Assembly: GCA_024137785.1 (NCBI GenBank)
Contig: JAHRHZ010000048.1
Coordinates: 12,318,256-12,382,255, forward strand
Reading direction: 5' to 3'
Origin: Ginglymostoma cirratum
Taxonomy: Eukaryota
DNA: 64,000 bases
Both the position numbers and the translations under genes were made by a program. A model generated the notes under the pieces. It saw only the letters and a list, made by a program, of their open reading frames with translations, was not told the DNA's origin and did not search any database. Shown here piece after piece: positions 51,140-62,909 of this stretch (its first letter is position 1; each line of letters starts with the position of its first letter).

Positions 51140-51737
51140 GACCCTTGTTTCAAACTATTAAGTATATCTCCCTGATTGGTCAGAACTACAGAAAGTTCCA
51201 GAAAACCATCTAAAATGTATAAAAACAGAGTACACCTGCAGACCTGTCTCTTGGAACTGCACTTGGAATCGCCTGAGGCTTTTTGAGGAGACCAGCATGG
51301 CAAGAAGCAGAGACCAGCTGACCATCCAGAGAGACGGTCGGAAATCACACAACACCAGATTATAGTCCAACAGGTTTATTTTAACTGGTGTTGTATGATT
51401 TCTGACCATGTCCAGCCCAGTCCAACACCAGCACCTCCACATCATGGCATCCAGAGGGTGAGGGAGAAAGCAGCTTTGCAGGCCCAGAGACAGAGCCACA
51501 GAGAGAGCGACTGTGTAAATTTACAAGGGATTTGGGAAATATTGTAACTGTAAGCGACCAAATAGGATTAGGGATAGTATGTTCAGTGTTAAAAATTATT
51601 GTAATTTTGTTCCTAATAAAGTGGGACTGTTTTGCTTTGGTACCATCTTATGTCCATATTGATTTGACCACTTTGGAATTGTTGGGACATCTGGGCAAAT
51701 TCATTCATAGCATTCTGGTCGGAGTTGTCTGCAACTT
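51140..51737 (+). mobile_element. Solo LTR-like element
   Basis: ATTGG box, GTATAAAA, and downstream AATAAA in LTR order; boundaries uncertain. Confidence 0.45.
51332..51447. mobile_element. Collapsed fold-back mini element with 9-bp flanking direct repeat
   Basis: Arms gaaatcacacaacaccag / ctggtgttgtatgatttc; catccagag at 51323-51331 and 51448-51456. Confidence 0.7.
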
Positions 51738-53089
51738 GATCAAAGAGGAACTAAGCAACACACTTATGTATGGGGACCGCTCTGAAAGGCATTTTCTAAC
51801 ATTATTTTTCAAGAGCTTGCAGGAACATGAATGATGACATTATTTTGGAGTCTCATTGTTAAAACCAGCACTGATTTCTGAGGGAAAAGGAGCATCACAT
51901 CACAAAGCCAAAGATGGCACTCTCTGTACCTCACACAAAATATAACCAGCAAACCTAATGTAAATGTGTTAGAAAAACGGAAACAAAAACCAGCAGAAAG
52001 GCAGATCCTTTCTATTAGTAGTGGGTGCTTTGACATAAACATGGCTTGCACATATATGTAATTAAATATTAAATAGTTAAGATTCCTCATTTCAAAAATC
52101 TTGTAAAGTCTTCTTTTTCTTTGCTCTATTTGAAGTACTGAAATATTCACATATAGACAATATTCAGGCACTAAAAATTAAAACAGTCAGTTTTGATTCT
52201 CCCTTGTTTCTTCTTTTTCTAAATCCAATTACCAAACAAAGAACCAATTCATAAGTACAGAAAATTGAGGAGACTAATTCATTTAAGTATCTTCTGAACT
52301 GTTGGAAATAGACAAATAAAAGATGCCTTTGTAATAGATTCCTCTAATGTTGATCACTGGGTAGCGCTACCTGCCTGATATGGAGAGCTGTAAATAAATA
52401 TTTCAAAAATCAACATGAGCATTATATGTGTTAGAAATCAAACGTAGAAGAAAAGTATAAACAGACCTAACTGGAAGAGTAAAAATAGTAAATGTATTAA
52501 CAATCTTGATACATAAAGGAACACAAATTGTTCATTATTCCAAACATGAATTTCAGTGTTGGAGTATTACAGTTCACTCAGACTATATAAGTTGCTATGG
52601 TGATATGGATGTTTTATGTCTGTGTTGTGTGAGGGAGCTATGATAGTGCTGGTAGAGATTCCCAACTTTCTTTTCATCATGTGGCTACCCAAGAATGTCT
52701 CCCGATTGTGCAATTCGTTGTGTGCGTTGGAAAGATTTGCTCAATATATTTGGCCAATTTCTGAACGCACCCTCCTAGGCTATCGAGTCCTAGGGTGGGA
52801 CTCAATCCCAAGTTTCTGGTTCAATGGTAGGAACACTAACTGGTGCACCACAAGGCTCTCCTAAAACTACTTTCTATTTGGTACATATTTCCAGCCTCTC
52901 TCATCTTTATGCCTCTGTATATCTTGATATAGAATCTTTTCCTTATTTCTCATTTACCCTCAGCTACGATATCCCATATGCAAACAAAATGCATTGCACA
53001 TCTTCCTTAACTCATTCTTTTCTAAGACCTCTTCAGTCCATCTGGTTTACTCATATCCTTAAGGGAATCTGCTATCATTAACTATTTGG

Positions 53090-53265
53090 GACAATATGTG
53101 ATTCCAGATCAAAAACCAACGTGGTTGGCTCTTAACAGCCCTCTGAAATTGCTGAATAAGCCATTCACTTATAGGTAGCTCACCACCAACTGCTCAAGGG
53201 CAATAATGGATGGGCAACAAATGTTGGCCTTGCCAGTATTGGTCCTATTCGAAAAAGGAGTTAAA
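53090..53265 (+). mobile_element. SINE/LINE tail fragment
   Basis: gtggttggctcttaacagccctctg...caagggcaataatggatgggcaacaaatgttggcc. Confidence 0.7.
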
Positions 53266-53979
53266 ATGCTAAATGTTCCCCGACAGTAAAAATGATTTTC
53301 AGTGTGTTTATGTAAAACACACGAATTTGAACAGCAGAACATGTTTTAAAACATTGCATTGGCTGGTGCACGACAGCTCATCATCTATTAGCAATGAGAT
53401 GGTTTGTGCCATAATTTACCTCTTAACCACTTACGCAGCAGCACTGAGCATCCAAATCAACTGGATGTGCCCCATACATCATCATAGCATTGCAATAGCA
53501 GCGGTGATTTACATGATGAATTAGATATGGTACTTCACAGACTTGTTAACAAGACTTCACGATTAAAAAATTCAAATTTACATATACCAGCAACATTACC
53601 TCTGTACAATTTTATCTCTAGATATATGAATATAAAGGACTGCAAATCAGCACTATTGTTTGAAAAATGATATTATAGAGAGAAAAATATCACAGTAGTT
53701 ATATAAGGGGACACTGAGCTGTTGTCAGTAATGCTCCATCTTGAGCGTGCATTCTGAAAAAGATCTCAAATACTTGATAAATTTCTATGATGTTATATTA
53801 ACTACAGCATTGGTTTGGCTCAAATTTTCAAATGATGTTTTCAGCACAAATTCCAGGGTGGAAGATTATAATCAATGATTTGCACAAAACAGTGTCAGTA
53901 CAAAGTGTTTACAAATCGGTATAAATCTAAGTCAAAATGTGTGTCTAACAGAACAGCAACAGTTTAGCTGAGCGCAAGC

Positions 53980-54213
53980 TAGAATAAAAAGTCTAATGAT
54001 GACCATGAATCTATTGTCAATTGTTGGAAAATCGATCTGGTTCACTCATGTCCTCTGGGGAAAGAAACTGTTATCCTTACTTTATCTAGACTACGTGCAA
54101 CTCTAGACCCACAGCAATGTGGTTGACTCTTAACTGCCCTCTGGGCAATTAGGGATGGGCAATAAATGCTGGCCTAGCCAACGATGTCCTCAACACATGA
54201 ATGAATTAAAAAA
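53980..54213 (+). mobile_element. tRNA-derived SINE (5'-truncated) with LINE tail
   Basis: Same family as 4221-4552 and 26944-27282. Confidence 0.85.
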
Positions 54214-54277
54214 CAGGCTTGATTTTCAAATTGACTTTTGATTTAAGAATGGACTAAAAGATGCCGTTAGAAGAAAA

Positions 54278-54672
54278 TATCTTGCATTCATTTTGCAATG
54301 GTCATAATCTCAGGACATTTCAAATGTTTCACAGCTAACAAACTATCTAATCTGATCCAACACAGTGAAGGACAGTGAACAATTTGCGCAGACTCCCACT
54401 AATAACAAGGTGATAAATGATCAGATGATCTGTTATTAATGATATTGGTTAAGGCACAGTTGTTTGCTGGAATAGCAGGAGATCTCTGCTGTTCGACTTC
54501 AACTAGTCCCAATGTATTTTATACGTTTGTTGAGGGAGCAGAAAATATCTGGTCCAATGTCCTCTGTCAATGATGGCACTGCAATTATGCAGCTTTCCCA
54601 CAGCACTGCACTGAAATGTCAGCCTAAGTTACATGTCTAAGTCTTAAGATTCAGAGGCATGATTACAGTGAA
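54278..54672 (-). mobile_element. Deu-domain SINE (SacSINE1-like)
   Basis: Reverse complement of the 42810-43150 type (cagcactgcactgaaatgtcagcct, atgatcagatgatctg). Confidence 0.7.
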
Positions 54673-55867
54673 GAATTGGTGCTCACTGGACACTGGGTAG
54701 GCAGTTGCCCACAATGGCTCCACTGGCTTCAGGGCAGACACTTGCTGTTATCTGGTGTTGGCACCAGTTTGCCACCCTCATTGGGCAACTGTGGTATTTG
54801 TCAGCAGAGCAAGAAACAGCAAGGTTCTTCAACCTATAGGCAAGATGAATTCTCACTGCATTTTGCAGAGAGCGACCCTAACTTTTAAGAACCCATCAGT
54901 TGATGTTGCATAGCATGTAAAAATGTTTTTAAAAATCCCAATCTAGTCACTTGTGGCTTTAAAGGTGGTGGGATATTGACAGGCAACCAAATGCTTCTTG
55001 GAAACAGGTTATTTAACTATTACGACAAGGTCTCATGCATACCCACCATTTCGAATTGAACCTTGTCTGGCTAAATTTTCTGGGCCTGAGGAAATCTGGC
55101 AGCTAAAGAGGATTCAGAACATTCAGTCTCAAGAGGTAAATGCCCTTCCGTTTAAATGTTAGATCCGGCTTTTGTATTTCACCCAGCTTATGTGATTCAA
55201 CCACTCTGATCTCTCCATCACTGTCATCTACTTTTGGCCTTTGATATTGCCTCTGGCCTCTGATCTTGTCTTTCGCCCATTTCCCTCCATTCTGATCCTT
55301 TCATTTGCTCTCTTCCCCTCTCTAGCCTGGGTCTTTGCTCTCAGACCACCAGATCATCAGCTAACCCAAACACATTGGTTACCAATGAGAAGTGGGAGAC
55401 AGAATTAAGAATCAAATCTTCCAATAAATTCACCAGAACCTGAGGGAGACTGTTCTTCTGTTCTCAACTGACAACATTGCACCCTATTCTTATTCCATCT
55501 CCACCCTGCTATGAGCCCAGTGTAGCAGAGCCTAAACTAGCAAGGATAAAGCAAGCATTTTCAATTTAAATCAAGTGAAGGAAGTAAATGAGGCTTGGGA
55601 ATTACTGATTATTTTAAAGGAGAGAGATGAGGAGATATTATACTGTAAACATAATTTTTCAGTGCCAAAGAAACTGTTCAGAAGAAATTATCATCCAACA
55701 TGCCGTTAAAACTCATTTCATCCTGAATATACAAATCCAAATTTTTCAACAGTCTTTAGTGGGGAGCTATTGGGTGAATACCCATATTTAAAGAATTGCA
55801 CTGATTCTGTGATCAATCAAAGGCAGTGATTGCATGGAACATTTCAGGAGCTCTGGCAACCACTTTG

Positions 55868-56636
55868 AATGTAGAACATAGAACAGTACAGCACATACAG
55901 GCCCTTCGGCCCATGATGTTGTGCCGACCTAATTATCCTACTCTAGGATCAAACTACCCTGCATACCCTACATTTTACTATCTTCCATGTGCCTATCCAA
56001 GAGTCGCTTAAATGTCCCCAGTGTATCTGACTCCACTACCACTGCCGGCAGTGCATTCCACGCACCCACAACTCTCTGTGTAAAGAACCTACCTCTGACA
56101 TCTCCCCTACACCTTCCTCCAATCACCCCTCGTAATTATGACCCCTCGTAATAGTCATTTTGCCCTGGGAAAAAGTCTCTGGATATCCACTCTATTTATG
56201 CCTCTCATCATCTTGTACGCCTCTATCAAATCATCTCTCATCCTTCTTTAGTCAAATGAGAAAAGGCCTAGCTCCCTCAACCTTTCCTCATAAGACCTGC
56301 CCTCCAGTTCAGGCATCCTGGTAAACCTCCTCTGCTCCTTCTCTAAAGCTTCCACATCCTTCCTATAATGAGGCAACCAGACCTGAACACAGTATTCCAA
56401 GTGTGGTCTAATCAGGGTTTTATAGAGCCGCAACATAATCTCGCAGCTTTTAAACTCAATTCCCCTGCCAATGAAAGCCAACACACCATATGCCTTCTCA
56501 ACAACTCTATCAACTTGGTTTGCAACTTTGAGGGATCTATGGACATGGACTCCAAGATCCCTCTGTTCCTCCACACTGCCAAGAATCCTGCCATTAACCC
56601 TGTATTCTGCATTCAAATTCGACCTTCCAAAATGAA
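55868..56636 (-). mobile_element. Young CR1 LINE 3' fragment
   Basis: ORF 56248-56655: HFGRSN..AEY.VNG.ILGSVEEQRDLGVHVHRSLK...LIRPHLEYCVQ; closely similar to 24508-25141. Confidence 0.95.
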
Positions 56637-56646
56637 TTGAGACTTG

Positions 56647-56992
56647 GAGCAGCACGGTGGTTCAGTGGTTAGCCTTGCTGCTTCACAGTGTCAGGGAACA
56701 GGGTTTGCGTCCAGCCTTGGGCGACAGTATGTGTGGAGCTTGCACATTCTCCCCATGTCTGTGTGGGTTTCATCTGAGTGTTCCGGTTTCCTCCCACAGT
56801 CATAGATGTGCAGGTAAGGTTGTTTGGTCATGCTAAGGTGTCCAGGATGTGCAGGCTAGGTGGATTAGGCATGGGAAATGCAGATTTATAGGGAGAGGGT
56901 AGGGGGATGAGTCGGTGTGGGATAATCTTCAGAGGGTTGGCGTGTACTTGTTGGGCCAAATGACCTGTTTCCAGGAATTCAATGATTTCCAT
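56647..56992 (+). mobile_element. HE1-type tRNA SINE
   Basis: Typical head, body and tail. Confidence 0.9.
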
Positions 56993-58419
56993 GTTTAACT
57001 TTTTTGCACAGATGTCAGATGATGCTGTTATAGCATGCTGCATGACTCTTGTCAGCATCACTGTTATTCTTACTGCCAAATTCTGACCCACTGAGCTCCC
57101 ACCCAATATAAATACACCAAATCATAGCCAGCTTAATGGCCATGACTTTGTCTCACATTTGCCATGGTGTAAAAGGAATTCTACAAGAAGTTTAGGATGT
57201 TGTCCATCAAAAGCTTCATGACAGATGTAATTCCCCGCTCTGCGGTGAAGCTAATGAAAATAGAGGACATTTGCTCTCAATGCTAGATGGAAGCTTGGTT
57301 GCATTCATCAAGTTTATCACTGAACCACTTTTTTGACTTTATAATCAACATGGGTGACTGAGCTGCAAAAGTCATTTAACACAGATGGGTTAAATCAATA
57401 TGTCATTGTTCACAATATTAGAGAACACAGCAGTTAACAGGTTGTAACAGGCATACAGGCACATTTCCTGGCATGTAGGCCATAAATAAATGACGTTCTA
57501 CTTCACACGGAACAGTTTTCTTTCCGAGGTTTGTCCTTCTGTTAGTACTGTATCATTAGGAGTAGAATTAACTCTTTAATTATTGAATGTCATCTGGGGC
57601 TGTTTGTTCAACAGCATTGGAACCTGAAGGAAATGTTTTTTGCTACACGATGAACTTTATAAAATGGAAAACCATTCCAGAATTGTGCTCATGGGCAACA
57701 GCTCTTTTCAATTTTCTTTAATTTCGCTTTATTTCTTCAGTCAGTTGGGAAAGGTTCCTGGTCAATGAAATTGTTGATACACTTTGTCAGCGTGATGTGA
57801 AGTGTGAAAAGGAGGAGCACAATGTGATGCATCAACTCTGCCCTCAATCAATGGACTGAATTGCCTGTTTTTGTGGTGTAAAACCCATTTTAACTCTGTG
57901 GATTCTGCTGAATATTGCTGTATTGTAGAGAGGCCTGTGCAACAGTAATCATTGTTTAGCACCATCACTAAAATGTAAGGAAATTTGGTTACAAAGAATG
58001 ATGCTTTGATATGGCTGCTTATCATGTGCAGTGATCATTATGTACAACGCAGTCTTATGGGAACCTCTGAATAAATTAGGACAGCCTCCTGCTGTTGTTG
58101 TGTTTTACTTCCAAGCCTAAAACTTAATATAACTACTCAGCAAGCAGTGTATCAAATTATAGAATCTTAGATGAAGAGATTATCCTTTGTATTTATACAT
58201 TAAATGCTTGTCATTTTCTGAATACGTTTCACGTGTCAAAATATGAAAAGTGCTAGATGGGTGAAACTGCTTTTTTTTATTTTAGCTTGTTGGCTTTTCA
58301 AGTTCATATCACAGTGTTATCATGTTTTTTCAAAAATTACCTCACAGAATGTGAGTATCGCTGACAAGAATGGCATTTATTTCTCATTCCTAACTGTCCT
58401 TGAGAATGTGGTGGCTGCA

Positions 58420-60340
58420 ATATAATGAGATGATGATGATGTAACTAATGAAATGACTCTAATGTCAGTGGGAGAGAAGACGCCAAGGTTGGGAAGAGAG
58501 AGGTCATAGGCACGACACAGGAAATCTGTATTTAATCATCTACAATGCACAGAGAGTGTTAATAAAAGAGTTTTACTGTAGGTTCAGAGCGGAAGAGCCT
58601 TACTTTGAGACAAGGAAAAAACAGCCTCAGGGACAGTGTATGTGCAGACACCCACAGCCTAGTCACACTCCAGATCAATATCTCAATGTGCAGTAGTAAG
58701 TATTGGTTTAAAGCAGAAGAAAAGCATGGCAGCAGCTGGGAAAAATACATTCCCTGATAAAATATGAAGTTCAAACAGAATCCGAGGGACGCAGTTGGAA
58801 GGGAAAGTTCCAAAGTCAGTAGGGGACCCCAGAAGACTTCAAAGGTATAGCTGAGAAAGAAGCAGGAAGAGTCCATGACCTTGGAAGACTTCGAGGCAAA
58901 AGCTGGAAAAGGAGAAGACTCTAAAGGGAGACCAAAGAACCTCAGATGGCTGTGAATACTGGCCAACAAAGCCAGACGAAAGATGTGGAGGAGAACCTCA
59001 GAAGATTTTGAAGTCGAACTAAGAACAAAAGCACAGAATTTGAACACATCGACAGTAAGAAGGGAAAGCTCAAGTACTCACCAAGTTCAGTCAGGTGGAT
59101 TTGTCCACAGGGATGGTGGGTACAGTCAAGATGTCTGGAATCTGAAATCATAGAAGGTCCACAATGAGGCCAGAAGTGAGAGATCTGGAAGTGGCAGTGT
59201 AAGTACAATAAAATAACTCAGGTTTGCATGCAAAGGAGAAGCACCATCTAGTCAGTACATGTTTTTATTCCATAGGTCCAATTGTGGTTGGTATTCTATT
59301 AGGGCAAAACATGCAGGAAGTACGACAGAATATGATGCATTAGTTAAAACATTTGTCTGCACTTTATTCCCAAAAGAAATTTAGTGATAGAGCAGAGGAC
59401 ATGTAATCAACAATCTTAATGTTTGAAAAAATCAATAGAGCTCCTTTTAATGGATTGATTTTGTCAAGCGAGGTGTCTCAGGTACGGAGCTTTGAAAAAT
59501 AAATTAACTAGAGACTGTGTTGTAGTCAGTCTGAGAGATAAGAAGTTGCCAGACTTTCTTCAATTCAAGGAGAATTTGATGTTGGAACAGGGAAACCAAT
59601 TCACTACACAGGCAGAAATCAGGGCCTAAAAATCAGATAGAACTGCAAGAAAATATCAGAGATTTTTCTGACACTGCCAGATGCTCAGGTTAACATTGTC
59701 ACCCTCCTAAATGCCTTCCAAAGTGTGATCTTCAACCATATTAGGATGTACAAGGCATGGCTCCAAACAGAATCGATATATGTCCAGCTGGCAGAACTGA
59801 CTGCTAGAAGTGTGGCCAGGTGGGACAACGTTTTAAAATATTGCAAGTTAACAGCACCTCCATCGCCTTGAAAAACAAAGAAGTGGTCTTGCAAAAGGAA
59901 AATTTTCAGAGAAAAGAAAGCCATAAAACAAGGAGAAAATTTCAAGAAGTTAAATACACAGAACATGTTTCTAGGTGAGTTCAAAGAGAGTCAAAACAGA
60001 TTCTGGATATTCAATTGCATAACATTTGGTGCAGAATCTAAACTCGACACAGGAACAGTTGTTAATACTTAAAGATTGCTTGCCATAGTTTAACTGATGT
60101 GAGTCAGATGAGCTAATATGAAACTCTAAAGTCCGTGAGGCAAAGATCTTCAGGCACATGGACAAATCACCATGAAACTTAGTCACGGGGGACAAAATAT
60201 CAGTGAAACAGTACATATGCTGAAGGATCAGAATACCTCCAAAGTTGGGCAGAAATTTAGATAAGTCTCTTACAGAGAGTAGATACAATAATTCAGAAGG
60301 AAGACAGGAAAGAATTTCCAAAGCTATTTAAAGGCTGAGG
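58420..60340 (+). mobile_element. Degenerate Gypsy LTR retrotransposon (gag to protease region)
   Basis: HFIPKRNLVIE (about 59360), YGALKNKLTRDCVVVSLRDKKLPDFLQ (about 59483), and the zinc-knuckle-like CPAGRTDC*KCGQVG (about 59781). The upstream part looks LTR/leader-like. Confidence 0.7.
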
Positions 60341-60399
60341 TGAATTGAAGCAAATGCATCATAATTACTCTGAAGACAATGAAAAAACAAAGACTTTCT

Positions 60400-60522
60400 T
60401 CTTCAGAAAAAGAAGAGTCATACTGGCCTTGAAACATTACCTCTGTTTCCCTCTGTAGACCTGTTGAATTTCTCAAGCTTTTTCTGTGTTTGTTTCAGAT
60501 TTCCAGCATCTGCAGTATTTTG
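60400..60522 (+). mobile_element. Penelope-derived terminal fragment
   Basis: gaagagtcatactggccttgaaacattacctctg...cagatttccagcatctgcagtattttg. Confidence 0.6.
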
Positions 60523-60818
60523 GATTGATTATTTTGAAAGATGTACAGGATTGCATTTAATCATGCCAAATGTAGGCCATTCTCAGTCATGTGCCTACAG
60601 AGCCAATGATTTCATTAAGATTTTTTGGGAAAGGCTAGCAATAAACTTGTTTAAAAGGATGCAGTTAGGCTTAGCTGACCATTAGTTAAGATGGATTGAA
60701 GTGCAAAACTTCATTCAACCTCAGCTGACTCAGTAAGTTGTAAAAGGATTTTTTGCAGTGCACAGTTTTCCTAAGAATTAATCTTGGACAATGGACCTCA
60801 ATTTCTGTGCAGTGATTG

Positions 60819-61043
60819 TGACAAAGTCAGCCAAGTCTATCTCATAGAATATGAGTTCTTTGATTGGGGCTGTTAATCTGGTTCAATCAGGGAGCCCTGG
60901 CTGACAGATATAAACAGGAGTGTCAGAGGTTCTGTTCACTCTGAGAGCTGGATCTGAGGGAGCTGGATCAATGTCAAGTACAATACATGCATAAATAAAG
61001 GGTGACTTGGTGATGGGATACCAACCTCTGTAGAGTTATTGTA
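60819..61043 (+). mobile_element. Short solo LTR-like element
   Basis: TG start, gattgg/caatc boxes, GATATAAA and AATAAA in LTR order. Confidence 0.55.
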
Positions 61044-61291
61044 TTGTGCATAAGGATTTCAAAAAGCTTGTTATGGAGGCAAGTGTTCAATTCTGCATTC
61101 CGTCCTCAGTCAAATGGAGAGACAGAATGGGCAAACAGGCCTGAGACAAAGAATCCAGACAGGGAATCAACTCTACCCAGTTACAGATCAACACTGTTAA
61201 ATAATGATTACTGTCCATAAGTGGGGAGAATTTGAGCCCTGTCACTCCAAATTTCTGGTGACTAAACAAGGGCTCAAGGTAAGAATTCTGC

Positions 61292-61578
61292 ATCAAAAAT
61301 AGAAATTGCTGGAAAAGCTCAGCAGGTCTGGCAGCATCTGTGGAGAGAAATTCTGAGGAAAGGTCACTCAGTGTTAACGTTTCAGGGCAGAACAGGTTCT
61401 GAGGAAGGGTCAAGTGACCTGAAACGTTAACTCTGAGTGATCTTTCCTCCGAGCCTGTTCTGCCCTGAAAAGTTAACTCTGATTTCTCTCCACAATTGCT
61501 GCCAGACCTGCTGAGTTTTTCCAGCAATTTCTATTTTTGTCTCTGATTTACAGCGTCTGCATTTGTTTTGGCTTTTAT
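61292..61578. mobile_element. Penelope-derived multi-inverted-repeat element with hammerhead-like core and 12-14 bp flanking direct repeat
   Basis: Outer arms at 61294-61351 and 61482-61539, with interleaved inner inverted repeats; taagaattctgc at 61280-61291 and 61579-61590. Confidence 0.85.
61395..61432 (+). ncRNA. Putative minimal type I hammerhead ribozyme
   Basis: GGTT CTGAGGA A GGGTCA ag TGACCT GAAACGTT AACT: 4-bp helix I, 6-bp stem II, ACGT palindrome. Confidence 0.6.
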
Positions 61579-61989
61579 TAAGAATTCTGCGTGTTCGTAT
61601 CCAGTATAATGTCCTAGGAAGCTGTCTGGGATAGGTAATAGCACTCTTGACATCTTATTCTCGGGGAGACAAGCACTGTTTACGACTTAATGGGCCGAAT
61701 GGACTATTACCATCCTGTAACATTTTATGATTCAATATTTCCATGAGCCTCACGCATTACCTAGTCACAGAAACATCTTCCAAACATTCGTCAGCTAAGG
61801 TCAGATATTGATGACAGTGACTGCACTTGACATTTTGAAAAATGTATTAAGGATAGAAGTGTCAGCCTGAATAATCAATACATTTACTGTTGAAATATGG
61901 AAAAAATATTGTATACAACCGTTGACTCCTTAAAGACCAAGCTGGCAACTGGTTAGACAGAAGGAAAGAGAAAAACGTTTTACACAACC

Positions 61990-62140
61990 ACTGGATGCCT
62001 TGAAGTACTTTACAGACAGCAATTGTTTGCAGCGAAAGTACTTCTGAAATCCAATCGCTGTTGTAAAATAGGAACTTAGGTGCTAATTAATGGACAACAA
62101 ATTCCCACAAACAGCAACGAGTTAATGCCCAAATAATTTG
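61990..62140 (-). mobile_element. Deu-domain SINE 3' fragment
   Basis: gaagtactttacag...aagtacttctgaa...gctgttgtaa...caaattcccacaaacagcaa. Confidence 0.5.
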
Positions 62141-62682
62141 TCTCTATTTTATAGTGTTATATTATGACCTAGTAGCTTCAATTGTTTATAAGGTAATGTC
62201 CAGTTAGTGTTAATACCATACAAGTCAAGTTCTTAACAGGAACCTGGCTGGATAGATTTTTTTTTACCCTGAGGTTATCTTTTACAAAAACATAAGCACG
62301 CAATATTTCACTCTTTTTGTTTCAACAATAAATCAAAAGAGAAGTTTACTTTATGAAAACAGAATTGAAGATAAACAAGGGGGAAAGTTCTACTTCTTTG
62401 AAACATAAATTCGAAGACTCTTAAACGCACAGCAGACCTAATGCATGTGATTCCAGGTGCACCCCTAGTCAGGCTGAGCCTAGCTCCTTTCCAAGGGAGA
62501 GAAGTTTTTCTGTTTTGCTTTGCTATTTTGTTGGGCTTGAATTTCAACTCATTTGCTGGAATTGAAGACAACACTTTCTTAGTTGTAATTATTATCATTA
62601 TTACCTTCCTGACTTGGTTTCTTTCCATTGTTATACTATACCTGACACAGCTCACGTTTTTATTAAACTTTGGTCTCATTGC

Positions 62683-62896
62683 TAAGTGAGGAGCTGGAGG
62701 AACACAGCAAGCCAGGCAGCATCAGAGGAGCAGGCAAGCTGACGTTTCGGGTCAGGATCCTTCTACAGAAAATGAAGAACAGTCCCGACCCGAAACGCCA
62801 ACATTCCTGCTCCTCTGATGCTGCCTGGCCTGCTGTTTTCCTCCAGCTCCTCACTGAGTTATCTCAGACTCCAGCATTGGCATTTCTTACTATCTC
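62683..62896. mobile_element. Penelope-derived fold-back element with 10-bp flanking direct repeat
   Basis: Two inverted arms meeting at decayed hammerhead cores; tggtctcatt at 62671-62680 and 62897-62906. Confidence 0.85.
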
Positions 62897-62909
62897 TGGT
62901 CTCATTACC

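Noticed and set aside
54680-55485. Possible MITE-like relic
   Set aside because: Terminal inverted repeats could not be demonstrated.
58559-59047. 162-aa minus-strand ORF
   Set aside because: Antisense to the purine-rich leader of a Gypsy relic; no coding features.
62441-62689. Hydrophobic 82-aa ORF resembling a membrane protein
   Set aside because: T-rich composition explains the hydrophobicity; no homology recognised, and it runs into a repeat.
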